A DNA stretch of 62,420 nt, the filler included, from Globobulimina sp. (Eukaryota): the NCBI GenBank assembly GCA_003354225.1. It is 22 parts of 22 records of this genome, joined end to end, with 100 filler letters (N's around TTAATTAATTAA, not from the genome) between each part and the next. Parts side by side here need not be neighbours in the genome. Positions count along the whole stretch, not along the records: positions 11,373 to 14,115 come from PIVH01005109.1; positions 14,216 to 16,958 come from PIVH01005110.1; positions 17,059 to 19,800 come from PIVH01005111.1; positions 19,901 to 22,642 come from PIVH01005112.1; positions 22,743 to 25,484 come from PIVH01005113.1; 17 more parts are not named here. One strand, given 5' to 3'. The notes beneath the pieces are model-generated. The model ran no database searches. It worked only from the letters and a program-made list of their open reading frames with translations, and was not told where the DNA came from. Positions 12,624 to 23,342 of this stretch are shown here, in pieces. Position 1 is the first letter of the stretch; each line of letters starts with the position of its first letter. Position numbers and translations under genes: made by a program.

Positions 12624-13964
12624 TTACATAAATGCCTCGAATTGATTGTCTGCAAAAATTGGGTTTTGCCATCCAGCCAATAACCTATCCACCCACGCGT
12701 TTACGGAGCAATATTCTTTGTAATCCGTGCTGGATAAACGCCGTAACTCCTTTAAAAAATCCAATATCTCCATGATCTGAATTTGCGCTTTTTTATTTTG
12801 TAATTTATACTGCTCTGAATTTGGTATTTCATATAATGACCATGTCTCCAATAATTTTGTGCGTAATAATGATATAACACCGACCAATGAACAAATTTTT
12901 TTCTCTCTCTCCAATGCTTCTCCACCTTCAGCCGCATATTTAGCCTCATCCAAAATCTCATTTTTATATTTATTTTCCGCAATTTTCACGCATTTTGCTT
13001 CAGAAATGTATTTTTTATTTTTCATTTTTTTTCCGAGCCGTTTTGCTTCGTTGCAATCGCCAATATTTGTCATGGCTGTGATGGCCAATCCTGTCTCATT
13101 GTAACTGATGTCGTACAAAGTTGTTGCGGTTGCGTTACACAACAAAGTGAAAGGATGGAGGTACAGTTCCAATATCTTTTGTTTTATTTGGGTCTCCGTA
13201 CCTTCGTATAATATTCGCATAATAGTCCCCAACACAGATTTTTCTTCTTTCAACTCGCTACAACGTCGAACTAAATGATTACACCATCGCTCGATATGTT
13301 TTATTTGTTTGTTTTGCGATTTAAGCTCGGCTTCCTTTAATTGGATGGATGCGGCAATTAAATTATTTAAATTATTTTCATTTTCATCCAAATTGCGGCC
13401 AATCCCAATTGATAGGGAATGTATACCTCCTTTATGACCGAAATGGTGATTATAAAGTCTCTGGATTTCTAAACCATATTTCGTAGCAAATTCATGCACC
13501 GCTCGTTTTGTATTTAACGCCAATGGCGCTTTTACATATAGCTGAGTTTGATAGCTTGGACAATTAAAAAAAACGGCAAACAATATATTATTACAATGGT
13601 TAGTTAGTTTGCATACGGCATACCTATCAGTAGCAATATCACAGCCGCATTCATTCTGTAATGTGCGTATTACAACGTCTGTCTGTATCTTATTCAATAT
13701 GGACAGGATATTTTCGCCACCGGCACCGCCATTAATAGTATGCATGATTCTCATTTTATTCTTGTTTCTTACCACAAAATATGTCTCATTTACGTCGCTA
13801 AATATGAATTTGGCAGCGCCCACAAATTGATCACCGAGAGGGGAATCATTCAATTGTTTCCATTTGTTAATATCAATTGGTTGAAGTGCGTGCAGTGGTT
13901 GTGATTTACCTCTATTTTCACAATTATATTCTGCGACTGCACACAAAATAACGTTGGAAATCAT
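12624..13964 (-). CDS. Hypothetical protein (446 aa) with a central coiled coil
   Basis: Long intronless ATG-TAA ORF in AT-rich DNA; no family recognised. Confidence 0.7.
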   Translation of the reverse strand: MISNVILCAVAEYNCENRGKSQPLHALQPIDINKWKQLNDSPLGDQFVGAAKFIFSDVNETYFVVRNKNKMRIMHTINGGAGGENILSILNKIQTDVVIRTLQNECGCDIATDRYAVCKLTNHCNNILFAVFFNCPSYQTQLYVKAPLALNTKRAVHEFATKYGLEIQRLYNHHFGHKGGIHSLSIGIGRNLDENENNLNNLIAASIQLKEAELKSQNKQIKHIERWCNHLVRRCSELKEEKSVLGTIMRILYEGTETQIKQKILELYLHPFTLLCNATATTLYDISYNETGLAITAMTNIGDCNEAKRLGKKMKNKKYISEAKCVKIAENKYKNEILDEAKYAAEGGEALEREKKICSLVGVISLLRTKLLETWSLYEIPNSEQYKLQNKKAQIQIMEILDFLKELRRLSSTDYKEYCSVNAWVDRLLAGWQNPIFADNQFEAFM

Positions 13965-14359
13965 GTTTGTTTCAAGGGAAGGTAATAGATCGATGTATCG
14001 GAAATACTGTCTTTCGTCGGGAAAGATAAATGGAAGTTAAATAGTTTTTGAAAAAAGTTAAATAGATAAAATACTGTCGAAGTTAAAAAGCACACACAAA
14101 ACTATGCACTTATTANNNNNNNNNNNNNNNNNNNNNNNNNNNNNNNNNNNNNNNNNNNNTTAATTAATTAANNNNNNNNNNNNNNNNNNNNNNNNNNNNN
14201 NNNNNNNNNNNNNNNTAGACGAAATTCTCTCGTAAAAATCATATTTAGGATCGCCAATCTAAAAGACAAGTGTAGACATTGGAGACATGAAATGTAACGG
14301 TCTCGAAAATCACTTAGTTGGGCATAGTCAATTGAAAATGTTTTATTATCTCTTATGTC

Positions 14360-15343
14360 ATGTCTTCATGGACCAGTTTAACAAAATGCCCTGCGAAGCA
14401 TTTCTCCAATTTCTTGCCATTAGACGATGACAATGTGATTACAGCACCTTCCAATTCAATGACGTTTCAGCATTCAGACGGAATATTGGTATATAACATG
14501 TTGGATGATAACTGGTTAACATATATTCCATATCCAAAGAATTTCGCTCTCACCGCAAGCTCCATCTGTTTGAATGAGCAGGAAAACAAATTAAATATAT
14601 TTGGATATCAGAAACAATTAACAAACATTGATATGGACACCAAAGAATTCACTTGCATCCAAACTAAAAGGTTCTGTGGTAGGTATTCGTCCATATTTTG
14701 TCTGAATGGGCGGTGTCATGTAATTTGTGGTGCGTGGAATACCCACCATTACGTATGGAATGATAACAAATTGATATTTGAATCAGTGTTTAAATTTCCT
14801 GGCCTACGGCAAGGAAATCAATGTCATGGATTTATAAGTATTAAATCTCGGAAACAGTTGTTGTTGTTTGGTGGATTGGATACAAGATCGATTTCGTTGG
14901 ATACAATCTGGTCATGCAAATATAGCAAATATACATATAAATGGACTAAATTAAAGCTCACATTGCCGCATAGAATGCACTCATTCGGCTATATATTGAG
15001 TAATAATGAACGCTACATCTTGATATTTGGAGGTAAAGTGCAAAGTTTATGGTTTTTAAAAGATATTTATATATTTGATTTGTTGCAAATGGTTATCAGC
15101 AAAAGCATTGTAACATGTCCTATAAAATCACAGTTTATTTGTTTTAAAGGGTACGAAACCAACGCAAAAGATATAGATCTGATCGTATTTGGTTTTGTAA
15201 GGAGATATTATGAGATTCAAAACATTCCAATTGATATTATTGAAGTGATTAAAGCATGGAATATATCATATTGTGTTCATTTGATTCAACGTGGTGTTGG
15301 AACACATTGGGAAATAAATTTCCATAGTATGTTGACGTATTGA
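14360..15343 (+). CDS. Kelch-repeat beta-propeller protein
   Basis: CHVICG, LLLFGG and YILIFGG blades with downstream W residues; C-terminal LIVFGFVRR..IPIDII motif. Confidence 0.85.
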   Translation: MSSWTSLTKCPAKHFSNFLPLDDDNVITAPSNSMTFQHSDGILVYNMLDDNWLTYIPYPKNFALTASSICLNEQENKLNIFGYQKQLTNIDMDTKEFTCIQTKRFCGRYSSIFCLNGRCHVICGAWNTHHYVWNDNKLIFESVFKFPGLRQGNQCHGFISIKSRKQLLLFGGLDTRSISLDTIWSCKYSKYTYKWTKLKLTLPHRMHSFGYILSNNERYILIFGGKVQSLWFLKDIYIFDLLQMVISKSIVTCPIKSQFICFKGYETNAKDIDLIVFGFVRRYYEIQNIPIDIIEVIKAWNISYCVHLIQRGVGTHWEINFHSMLTY

Positions 15344-15459
15344 TCCAAGTGTATTTATATTTATATAATCAAAATACACCAAGTTTCATGAATAAGAAAG
15401 ACATAGTCTATAAGTTATTACTAGACTGTCTAGACACAATTTTGTACCAAAGCTAATCT

Positions 15460-16958
15460 TTGTATACAAACCCAAATCCACAATCTATTAAATGTTGTTC
15501 ATGCGCAGCGATGATTAGTTTGCAAGAATTAGACATAAATTGCGATAAAATACCATTTTTCAGTGAGTGGTTTTGCAAACAATGTATTACAATGAAAGGA
15601 TGTAAGAATTCATTCAAATGCGATATTATTGATTGTAAAGCAAATAAAAAATGTTGGCAGAGATTCAGTACATTAACAAAACACATCGTCCATAATATTG
15701 ATGATGCCAACCATAAAAATTCAAAATACTTTGCAGCCTTTGACCAAAAATTATGTTCAACCCACGAATGTGTCAATATTTTAACCAAAAGCGATCCGAA
15801 CGATAAATGTCCGAAATGCACTAAACAAAATACATTGGCCATATTTAATAATTTAAACAATCCAATCCCTACGGATATGGATGATAAGAAAGTAAATTTA
15901 ATACACGAGGATGTAGCAACTGTGCAAAATCAAAACTCATTGACCCAAACACCCTCATTCAATAATATCTGGTTTAGTAAACTTAAATGGATTGAAAATA
16001 TCCCATTCCGTTTTTGCAAATTAATCTGCAAAACATTCACGACGTTAATATGGAATGTAACCAATAAAAACGACGTTGTTTCATGGCTTAGTTTGGCGTT
16101 ATTTGCACGCGTTGGATTAGCCAAATTTAAACGGGGCGGAAAGCATAATTATCGCCGCAATCATAACACAATAAAACAACGAATGAAACGAATCGCAAAT
16201 GGTGAGATTATTAATATGTTTAATGAGATGATTATTGATTTAAAAAACAGTCAAAATGCAGCAAATACCCAAAAAATTAACGGTGACTCCTATCGATGTC
16301 TCAACGGCAAAATATCCAAAAAAATGAAAAGCAAAATTAAAAAATTGATCGAACGCGGCCATACAAGGGACGCATTGAACGTAATTGAAAGTAATGGTAT
16401 TGCCGACCTCAATGACCCCGAAAAAATGAAATTATTAAAACAAAAATTTCCGACGGGGCAATACATTGAAAAACGCCCAATTTTGGAGAAACATCAAATA
16501 AAATCCATTGAATCTGAGCAAATTGACAAATTTATAAATAAATTAAATGACTGCGCAGCCCCCGGCATTATTGGCCTATCAAATAACCATATTATACAAT
16601 TATGGAAACAACGCAGTGGAACCGAATTAGACCGTGCCTTCAAAGCACTGTTTAAGTTAATCATTAACGGCAACATTAATACCTACGTCGCTCCATACAT
16701 TAACGGAGGACGGTTAGTGCCAGCAAATAAAATTAAAAACGGCATATGCTGTGACATCCGACCAATTATAATAAGCAATTCCATCGTAACATTATCCACA
16801 ATGATTGGTATTGACATTGCTTCGGACCAAATAAAATTAGCCATCGATCCAACTCAGATTTCTGAGGAACGTTCCGGTGCTGAAGCGATGATATTAAGTA
16901 TGGAAGCGGCGTGCAAATTTATTAAAATCAATCCGGAATACATAATTGTTCAGAAAGA
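15460..16958 (+). mobile_element. CRE/SLACS-like (R2-group) non-LTR retrotransposon ORF, 3' truncated by the contig end
   Basis: N-terminal Cys/His zinc fingers, then RGGK, G...A...ESNGIA, LKQKFP, RT domain 0 APGIIGL, domain 1-2 GRLVPANK..DIRPIIIS, and Q..GAEA. Confidence 0.8.
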
Positions 16959-17058
16959 NNNNNNNNNNNNNNNNNNNNNNNNNNNNNNNNNNNNNNNNNN
17001 NNTTAATTAATTAANNNNNNNNNNNNNNNNNNNNNNNNNNNNNNNNNNNNNNNNNNNN

Positions 17059-18247
17059 CTTTGAATGCAGCAACATATAAAAAATAAGATAATAACGGAA
17101 TGATTAAAATGCCGCACCAACAATATATAAATATAGCAAATGTGGTTCTATCTTCGACAATAAATGTTTGCCTCTCTTGATACGTTGGACACTGCCAACA
17201 ATTTCGAATGGAAACGTACGTAAAAAATGTAATAAATCCCATCACAATGAAATTCATCGAAATTCTGTAATACAGCAAATTCATCGTGATGCGTTCCGCC
17301 GACTTATTTGCTTTGGAAATGGTCATTGACACCAAACCAAACAAGTATTCATATCGCTTAGTTTTAATAGAGACAGTTAAAAAGATGATGGATTCCACGA
17401 TAACATATAAAAATAAGTACCATCCACCCAATGCCAACCACAAAAGGGCAGATACAAATATTCTGCAGGAAACGTCCAAAATGCGCCAGAAATAACGAGC
17501 CAAATACAACCAAGAGATGCACGAAAACGATTTAAAAGAAGCAATATCTTTTTTAAATTGCATGTTTTTGGCGCGGTCAATGGAAATCATACGGTCATCA
17601 GACACTATTTTGCCAATAATGCTGCTCAAACTAAATAATAATGAAAAAACCACGGTGGGCGAATTTCGAAATGAACCCGTTTTGATCAAATAGATGGTTT
17701 GGATTAGAGATTGCGGACTTGATTCGAAGATTGCTTCTAATGAAGTGATCCAACGTTGAGGAGAACACGGATTAGCTTTGTCGCACAAATAATTAATGTA
17801 TAATGTTCGAAACAGTTCAAAATCGAGAAACTGTAAAATAAATCTGCTCAACATTTTGGTTGCTTGGAATATAATAAATGCTGAAACGACGCGGTAGAAT
17901 AATAAGGTGAATACTGATAAGATGAATAAATAATTCATGTTTAAACCGCCACATTGTGAGGGTACTGTTGTTGCCGCTAACTGCCCAAATTGTATTACGA
18001 CTGAAATATCAGTAATTTGGTCCATTAAATGAGTTAAAACTGGTATGTAACATTTACGTCGTTTGTAGATATCGAATGTAAATAATTTCAATTTACGGAA
18101 ACATGATGAGTTTTGGAACGACTCGTCGAATTTATTCAGAAAACGATAAGAATAAACGCTTGTGCATATCAAAATTACTACGTAGATACATCCAAACACG
18201 ATTGTTCCTGAAATTCCAATGCTGTCAGAGGTTGAACACTCTGCCAT
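17059..18247 (-). CDS. XK-related multi-pass membrane protein, 3' partial
   Basis: DQITDISVV and LEAIFESSPQSLIQ match XK/Xkr signatures; many TM segments. Confidence 0.7.
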
Positions 18248-18457
18248 GATGAATTGGAATGGTGGTGAAAACTTTTTTGACAATCAAAACATCACATATT
18301 CGTATACAACATATTGTGAAACGTCAAATATCAGATTAATTGTTCAATTTCAAGTTTCATTGTGTATAAACTATAAAGTAAAATTAATTAAAGACACAAA
18401 ACAATAACGTATATTTGAGTTTGCATCACTAGAATGGGTGCACTTATATTAAAGCAC

Positions 18458-19800
18458 TCATTCTGTGATACATTTAACGTCATCATTAAACAACACACAT
18501 CCAATAATATCCGATGCATCCAAGCCACGGAAAAACGAATCTAAAGCAGTTTGTAATATATCCCATCGCTTTCCACTCATAGAACCACTTTTATCCAACG
18601 AGAACAACACTAAAAATTTCTGCCTTTCCGGTTGCAAAAATAATCGATTCTCACTCATAAGCACAGCATTCTCTCCATCTGAAACAGCCAAAACTCTCCT
18701 TTGCAGACCAACATTGATTTTAATTCTTTCAAATACATGATGTAAACCAACATCTTGACAATGATGTAACTCCGCTGCATCCCCCGCAATATCAGCAATA
18801 TTTTGTAATGCGGCTTTTTCTGAGACGCCCAAATCAATGCCAATAAAAAAGGTCTTCCCGTAAGCAGCGCCAAGTTTAGCTCCAATCAATTGAAACATAT
18901 CTTTGATTTCTTGTGGAGAGTGGCTTGATTTATTATCCATACCGTCGGTCAATACGATATGAATAAATCTATTAATATGTTATACAAAATAAAGTAATTA
19001 TAAATCAAATATCATATAAACTTAATCACACAAGTTGGATATATACAAAACTGATGTCCAATCACGTCGTACTTATTAAGAATCATTTTCAACGCAAACA
19101 TCTTTACCAAACCATAAATTACAGCATCTCTCAATGCTGTTTGTCCGGAAGGTGTCTGCTGTTTTAATGACCGTAAAACACTCGCTTTCTTGCTATCGGT
19201 TGCAATCCAAAAGCCACATTGTTCGACGAGTAGGTAAGACATCACACCGCCTACAATACGCTTCTGTTGATGTGTTAATCCAACCTCTGAGCCATGATTC
19301 GTGCGTGGCGGTGCTTGAACGACTACCACCGGTTTTGTTGGAGTGTTGGTTGAGGGTTTTGTTGTGGTTTCGCCATCATTGAGCGCAGACGCACAAATCG
19401 CAACACATGCGACGCAACACGGCATTCCAACGATAATGACAGAGATAATGAGTCCTGTGTGTTATGTGTGTTATGTGTTATGAGTAGAAACGTATTTTGC
19501 CAAATAACATTTACCTGTTTTTGTCCAATTCACAGCATTGTTAAAATCATCATTCATTGCACACGTGCTGCCACCAAATGTATTGTCTAAATTGATTAAA
19601 TAAGCACCAATATGCGCAAATAATATCAAGTATATCAATAATTCAACAATTAGGGAACATCCAAGCGTGCGAGACACAAATTCTTCACATTGATTATAGC
19701 AACACCCCAAAAGACACGCCCATATACAGGCAAATAGAGGGACTGATGATAATGCGGCAAATTCTCCTTCATTTGGTTGTATGATGCCGATATTTGTTGG
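18458..19800 (-). CDS. Membrane protein with a circularly permuted VWA domain; 3 exons, 5' partial
   Basis: Introns at 19455-19514 (phase 1, GTAAAT..CAG) and about 18971-19052 join the TM region to GQTALRDA, IVLTDG, FFIGID and a C-terminal LDKSGSM. Confidence 0.8.
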
Positions 19801-20350
19801 NNNNNNNNNNNNNNNNNNNNNNNNNNNNNNNNNNNNNNNNNNNNTTAATTAATTAANNNNNNNNNNNNNNNNNNNNNNNNNNNNNNNNNNNNNNNNNNNN
19901 CTCTTTAAGTAGTTCTTCATCTCCAAGCTGGATTTCACTAAGCTGACTAACCTTTACCTTGGCGAGGTCCACCATTTTTTGTAATTCCGTAAGAAATAAA
20001 TCTCCACCAATTTACTGTCTGTAATTAAAGTGACTGCAGTACTAACAATTGCAATGGCGACTGTTGCTATTAAAATAGCAATGATGATGCATCCAAATGC
20101 GGCGGATTATGTAAAATGCAGCATTTAATTCATAAAAATTGTACATAGATTGTATGGTTATCCACTATGTTGACTATAAATAATAAGAGTTCAATTATCT
20201 ATATAATGCTTATTTACTTATTGCACATATACCGAAATTAAATTGAATTGAATTGGTGCTAAAAACAGTGCTTTTGAATGATAATACATGTTTGCCTTTA
20301 GATACCTATCCATTATCCAACAAAAAAAAGGTACGTAGCCATAGCATACA

Positions 20351-22045
20351 TTATTTTTCCCAGCAAAAAGTCCCATTCCAGTCCATGAAGCCTTTAACAC
20401 GCTTTTTTTCATAGAATTCTTTGCCAAACGCAGATTGTTTAAAACGTTTCAAATGAAAATTGACGACACTCTGATATGCCTCTGAACAATTACTATTAAT
20501 ACGCTTCACAAATTTCATTCTTTTTTCCTTTCGTAATGGAAATTTTAATTTGTTTACATTGTCAGATAAATGAATACAAAGTATATCATGAAAAGCATCA
20601 TAAACTTTCTTCCTATTTTTGCGTCGATTATTTAACTTTGAGACATCATGAACGAAGGGATAATATACGATGGATGGATCAACAATATATTTGAAAAACA
20701 TTTCATACTTTCCCTCATTCGCTCTGATACACGAATGGCGCTCTAAAAAAGTGTTAAATAAATGGCAACCAATCTCATTAATATTTAAGTAAGAAACATA
20801 ACATTTAAATCGAAACATCGCATGCTTGCTATTACGGATATAATCAATGAGAGCAGTCGCAAAATCATTAGTTTGTATGGGCATAATATATAAATCAGTG
20901 TCCAGTGGTGATAATAATTGAGATTCGAACTGAAACGCATAGAAACAATGCGAGATTGCAGCAAATTGGAAATACCATTCATTGCCATTTATGTGCGGCA
21001 AATGCCATTCAATGTATGTTATGATATCTTGTTGAATGAAATCATTTAATCCATTTGCAAATAAATGCATATCATTGGCACTTCGCGCAAATAAATGGTC
21101 GTAAATATAAAAATGATCAAAACCGTGAAACCTATGAAATTGAATAAATTCACGAATTCTGAAAAGTGATTCATTGTTTTTGTCGCCAAAGGGATGGATT
21201 ACAACACAAGCACTCAATTCATGTTTGTATTTTATTTTTGTCTCCATTCTGCAAACTGGGATTGTCGAAAAATGCATTGTTAAAATGTATTCATTTATAT
21301 TTCGATTGTTATCCATGTCAATATCAAACAGTGTAACGCCGAGATTCAGATTTGAATTCGACGATAATTTGTGGGGAATATTACATTTTACAATGAAATA
21401 AAATTGATGCAACCGCGGTATCTCAGTTTTTTCCGATAAAGTTACAGTTCCATCATTTAATATGCATAGAAATTCCTTTTTATATAGTTTGAGAATTGCG
21501 GATTTAACGAGAGTTGAATCAGAATGATAGCCAGAAACGTAAATCCATACATTGTTATTGCGTAAAATTGCAAATGCTAAACACGTTAATGATTGATAGG
21601 AAATAAAATATTGTCTTATTTTTTGGGAATTATTTTCTTTTTCGAAGTTAAATAACTTTTTGTAATCGATATTATTAATGCCATTCAAAATTGGTTTGAA
21701 ATGTGATAATGCGGATATTGAGGAACACGTTTCTTGGTAGTTTGGATTATTCCAATTGATCATAGCAGAGAGTTGGGACAACAGTGATGTATTTGTGTAT
21801 AAGTACTGCCAATTTTCTTTGTTACCCTTTGATTTTGTAAGTTGACAGAGATTGTTATACCAAACATTCAATTTCGAGACTATTTGTGGATCCATTTTCC
21901 AATATATTGGCAGTGGCAAATGATAAAATGTGATCAAAGGATCGTTGTTAACCTCGAAATCATTCAAATACAAATTATACAATATAATACAACAACTCAT
22001 GCATATTATTATTATAAATGTCAATAAATATATCACTACTGACAT
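20351..22045 (-). CDS. Glycosyltransferase family 92 (DUF23)-like type II membrane protein
   Basis: N-terminal TM, LSACV, EFIQFHRFHGFDHFYIYD, Q.AAI.HC, a DxD motif (DTD) and KYIVDP. Confidence 0.8.
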   Translation of the reverse strand: MSVVIYLLTFIIIICMSCCIILYNLYLNDFEVNNDPLITFYHLPLPIYWKMDPQIVSKLNVWYNNLCQLTKSKGNKENWQYLYTNTSLLSQLSAMINWNNPNYQETCSSISALSHFKPILNGINNIDYKKLFNFEKENNSQKIRQYFISYQSLTCLAFAILRNNNVWIYVSGYHSDSTLVKSAILKLYKKEFLCILNDGTVTLSEKTEIPRLHQFYFIVKCNIPHKLSSNSNLNLGVTLFDIDMDNNRNINEYILTMHFSTIPVCRMETKIKYKHELSACVVIHPFGDKNNESLFRIREFIQFHRFHGFDHFYIYDHLFARSANDMHLFANGLNDFIQQDIITYIEWHLPHINGNEWYFQFAAISHCFYAFQFESQLLSPLDTDLYIMPIQTNDFATALIDYIRNSKHAMFRFKCYVSYLNINEIGCHLFNTFLERHSCIRANEGKYEMFFKYIVDPSIVYYPFVHDVSKLNNRRKNRKKVYDAFHDILCIHLSDNVNKLKFPLRKEKRMKFVKRINSNCSEAYQSVVNFHLKRFKQSAFGKEFYEKKRVKGFMDWNGTFCWEK

Positions 22046-22116
22046 TATTCGATATATGTTTTTAATCAAAAAGCGTTAGTGAAGTAGAAACATTTTATAC
22101 TTTAGAATATAAGATA

Positions 22117-22642
22117 ATGGGTGTAAATTGTTCCAAACCTTCATGTTGCTCCATTATTGACGTTACAACATTAAAATTCTCGCGACCCTTAAGAAATGTT
22201 GAAGAATCCACTGCAAAACAAACAGATGTCGATAAAACAAAAGAACAAATGGTATATGGTGGCTATCATCAGGAATTAGCAACAAAAGTATCGACACAAT
22301 CTGTTGCAATTGAATCCGTTATAAACAACTCTGGTTCGGAAATTGTGGCTAACGGACAAAAACATAATTTAGCAAAAACAATCCCAAAAACGCAATTAAT
22401 GGCAAAAATATATGGCAAACAAATAAATAAATCTGCTCACTCTAACTATGCAAATACAAAACAAAAAACATGGAATGATCCAGAACAAAGAGACCCATTA
22501 TTACCACATAGCACTGATAGCAGCGAGCATATTGATTCTCCATTGTATGAAACAAACGGAAATCACATTAATATTCAATATTATATTGACAAAGTATCTG
22601 CAGCATCAACTTCAACATCTGTATCATTTTCGGATTCTGTAG
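22117..22642 (+). CDS. Hypothetical protein with an N-terminal MG..C..CC acylation-like motif, 3' partial
   Basis: Starts MGVNCSKPSCC; the ORF is open to the contig end. Confidence 0.6.
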
Positions 22643-22742
22643 NNNNNNNNNNNNNNNNNNNNNNNNNNNNNNNNNNNNNNNNNNNNTTAATTAATTAANN
22701 NNNNNNNNNNNNNNNNNNNNNNNNNNNNNNNNNNNNNNNNNN

Positions 22743-23184
22743 AACATCCAAAAAGCATTTTGATTGGTTCTTGACCATCAACACAACGCGTTGGGATAAA
22801 GAATTTTTTCTTATTGTTATCATATTTGGTCCACATTGCATTCTGTTTCACGCCATAAACAGGACCGGTTTCTTTCGTATATTCGGTTGGAATGAGAGTT
22901 AATCGCAAATATATATCATTGTGATGTATTAGTGACCGCATACATGGCGTTAAACAGCAAAGGGTGTTTTGACTATGATTTGTTGTGAATTTTGCATAAT
23001 CTATTTGATGAACTGTTGTATCACTGGTATGAGAACCTACTGATAAATCATTTGTGTCCCATACTACTGACTGTCGGTACGTTGATTCTGATGTTTGACG
23101 AGGATCTTTAGGGGAGATTGACAATCGCAATGTATTGAACTGCTCGATTTCATTGTCATCATCAAGTGCTGACATCGATGTCAT
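22743..23184 (-). CDS. Hypothetical protein, 3' partial
   Basis: ATG-initiated ORF open to the contig edge. Confidence 0.55.
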
Positions 23185-23342
23185 TGTTGTTTGGGAATAT
23201 TAATAGATATTTTGTTCGGATATTTATAGATTGGTCCTGATATTTATAGATTGTTATAATTACTTTTGAAGTGTTGCGGTAGCTGCACACAATTTAGTTT
23301 CTTCAAAATAAATATTATGTATATATGCTTCAAAATAAACAG

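Noticed and set aside
23219-23253. Direct repeat GATATTTATAGATTG x2 (similarly ATCGAGATACACAAAA x2 near 34566-34615)
   Set aside because: Only two copies in AT-rich DNA; not CRISPR-like and most simply local duplications.
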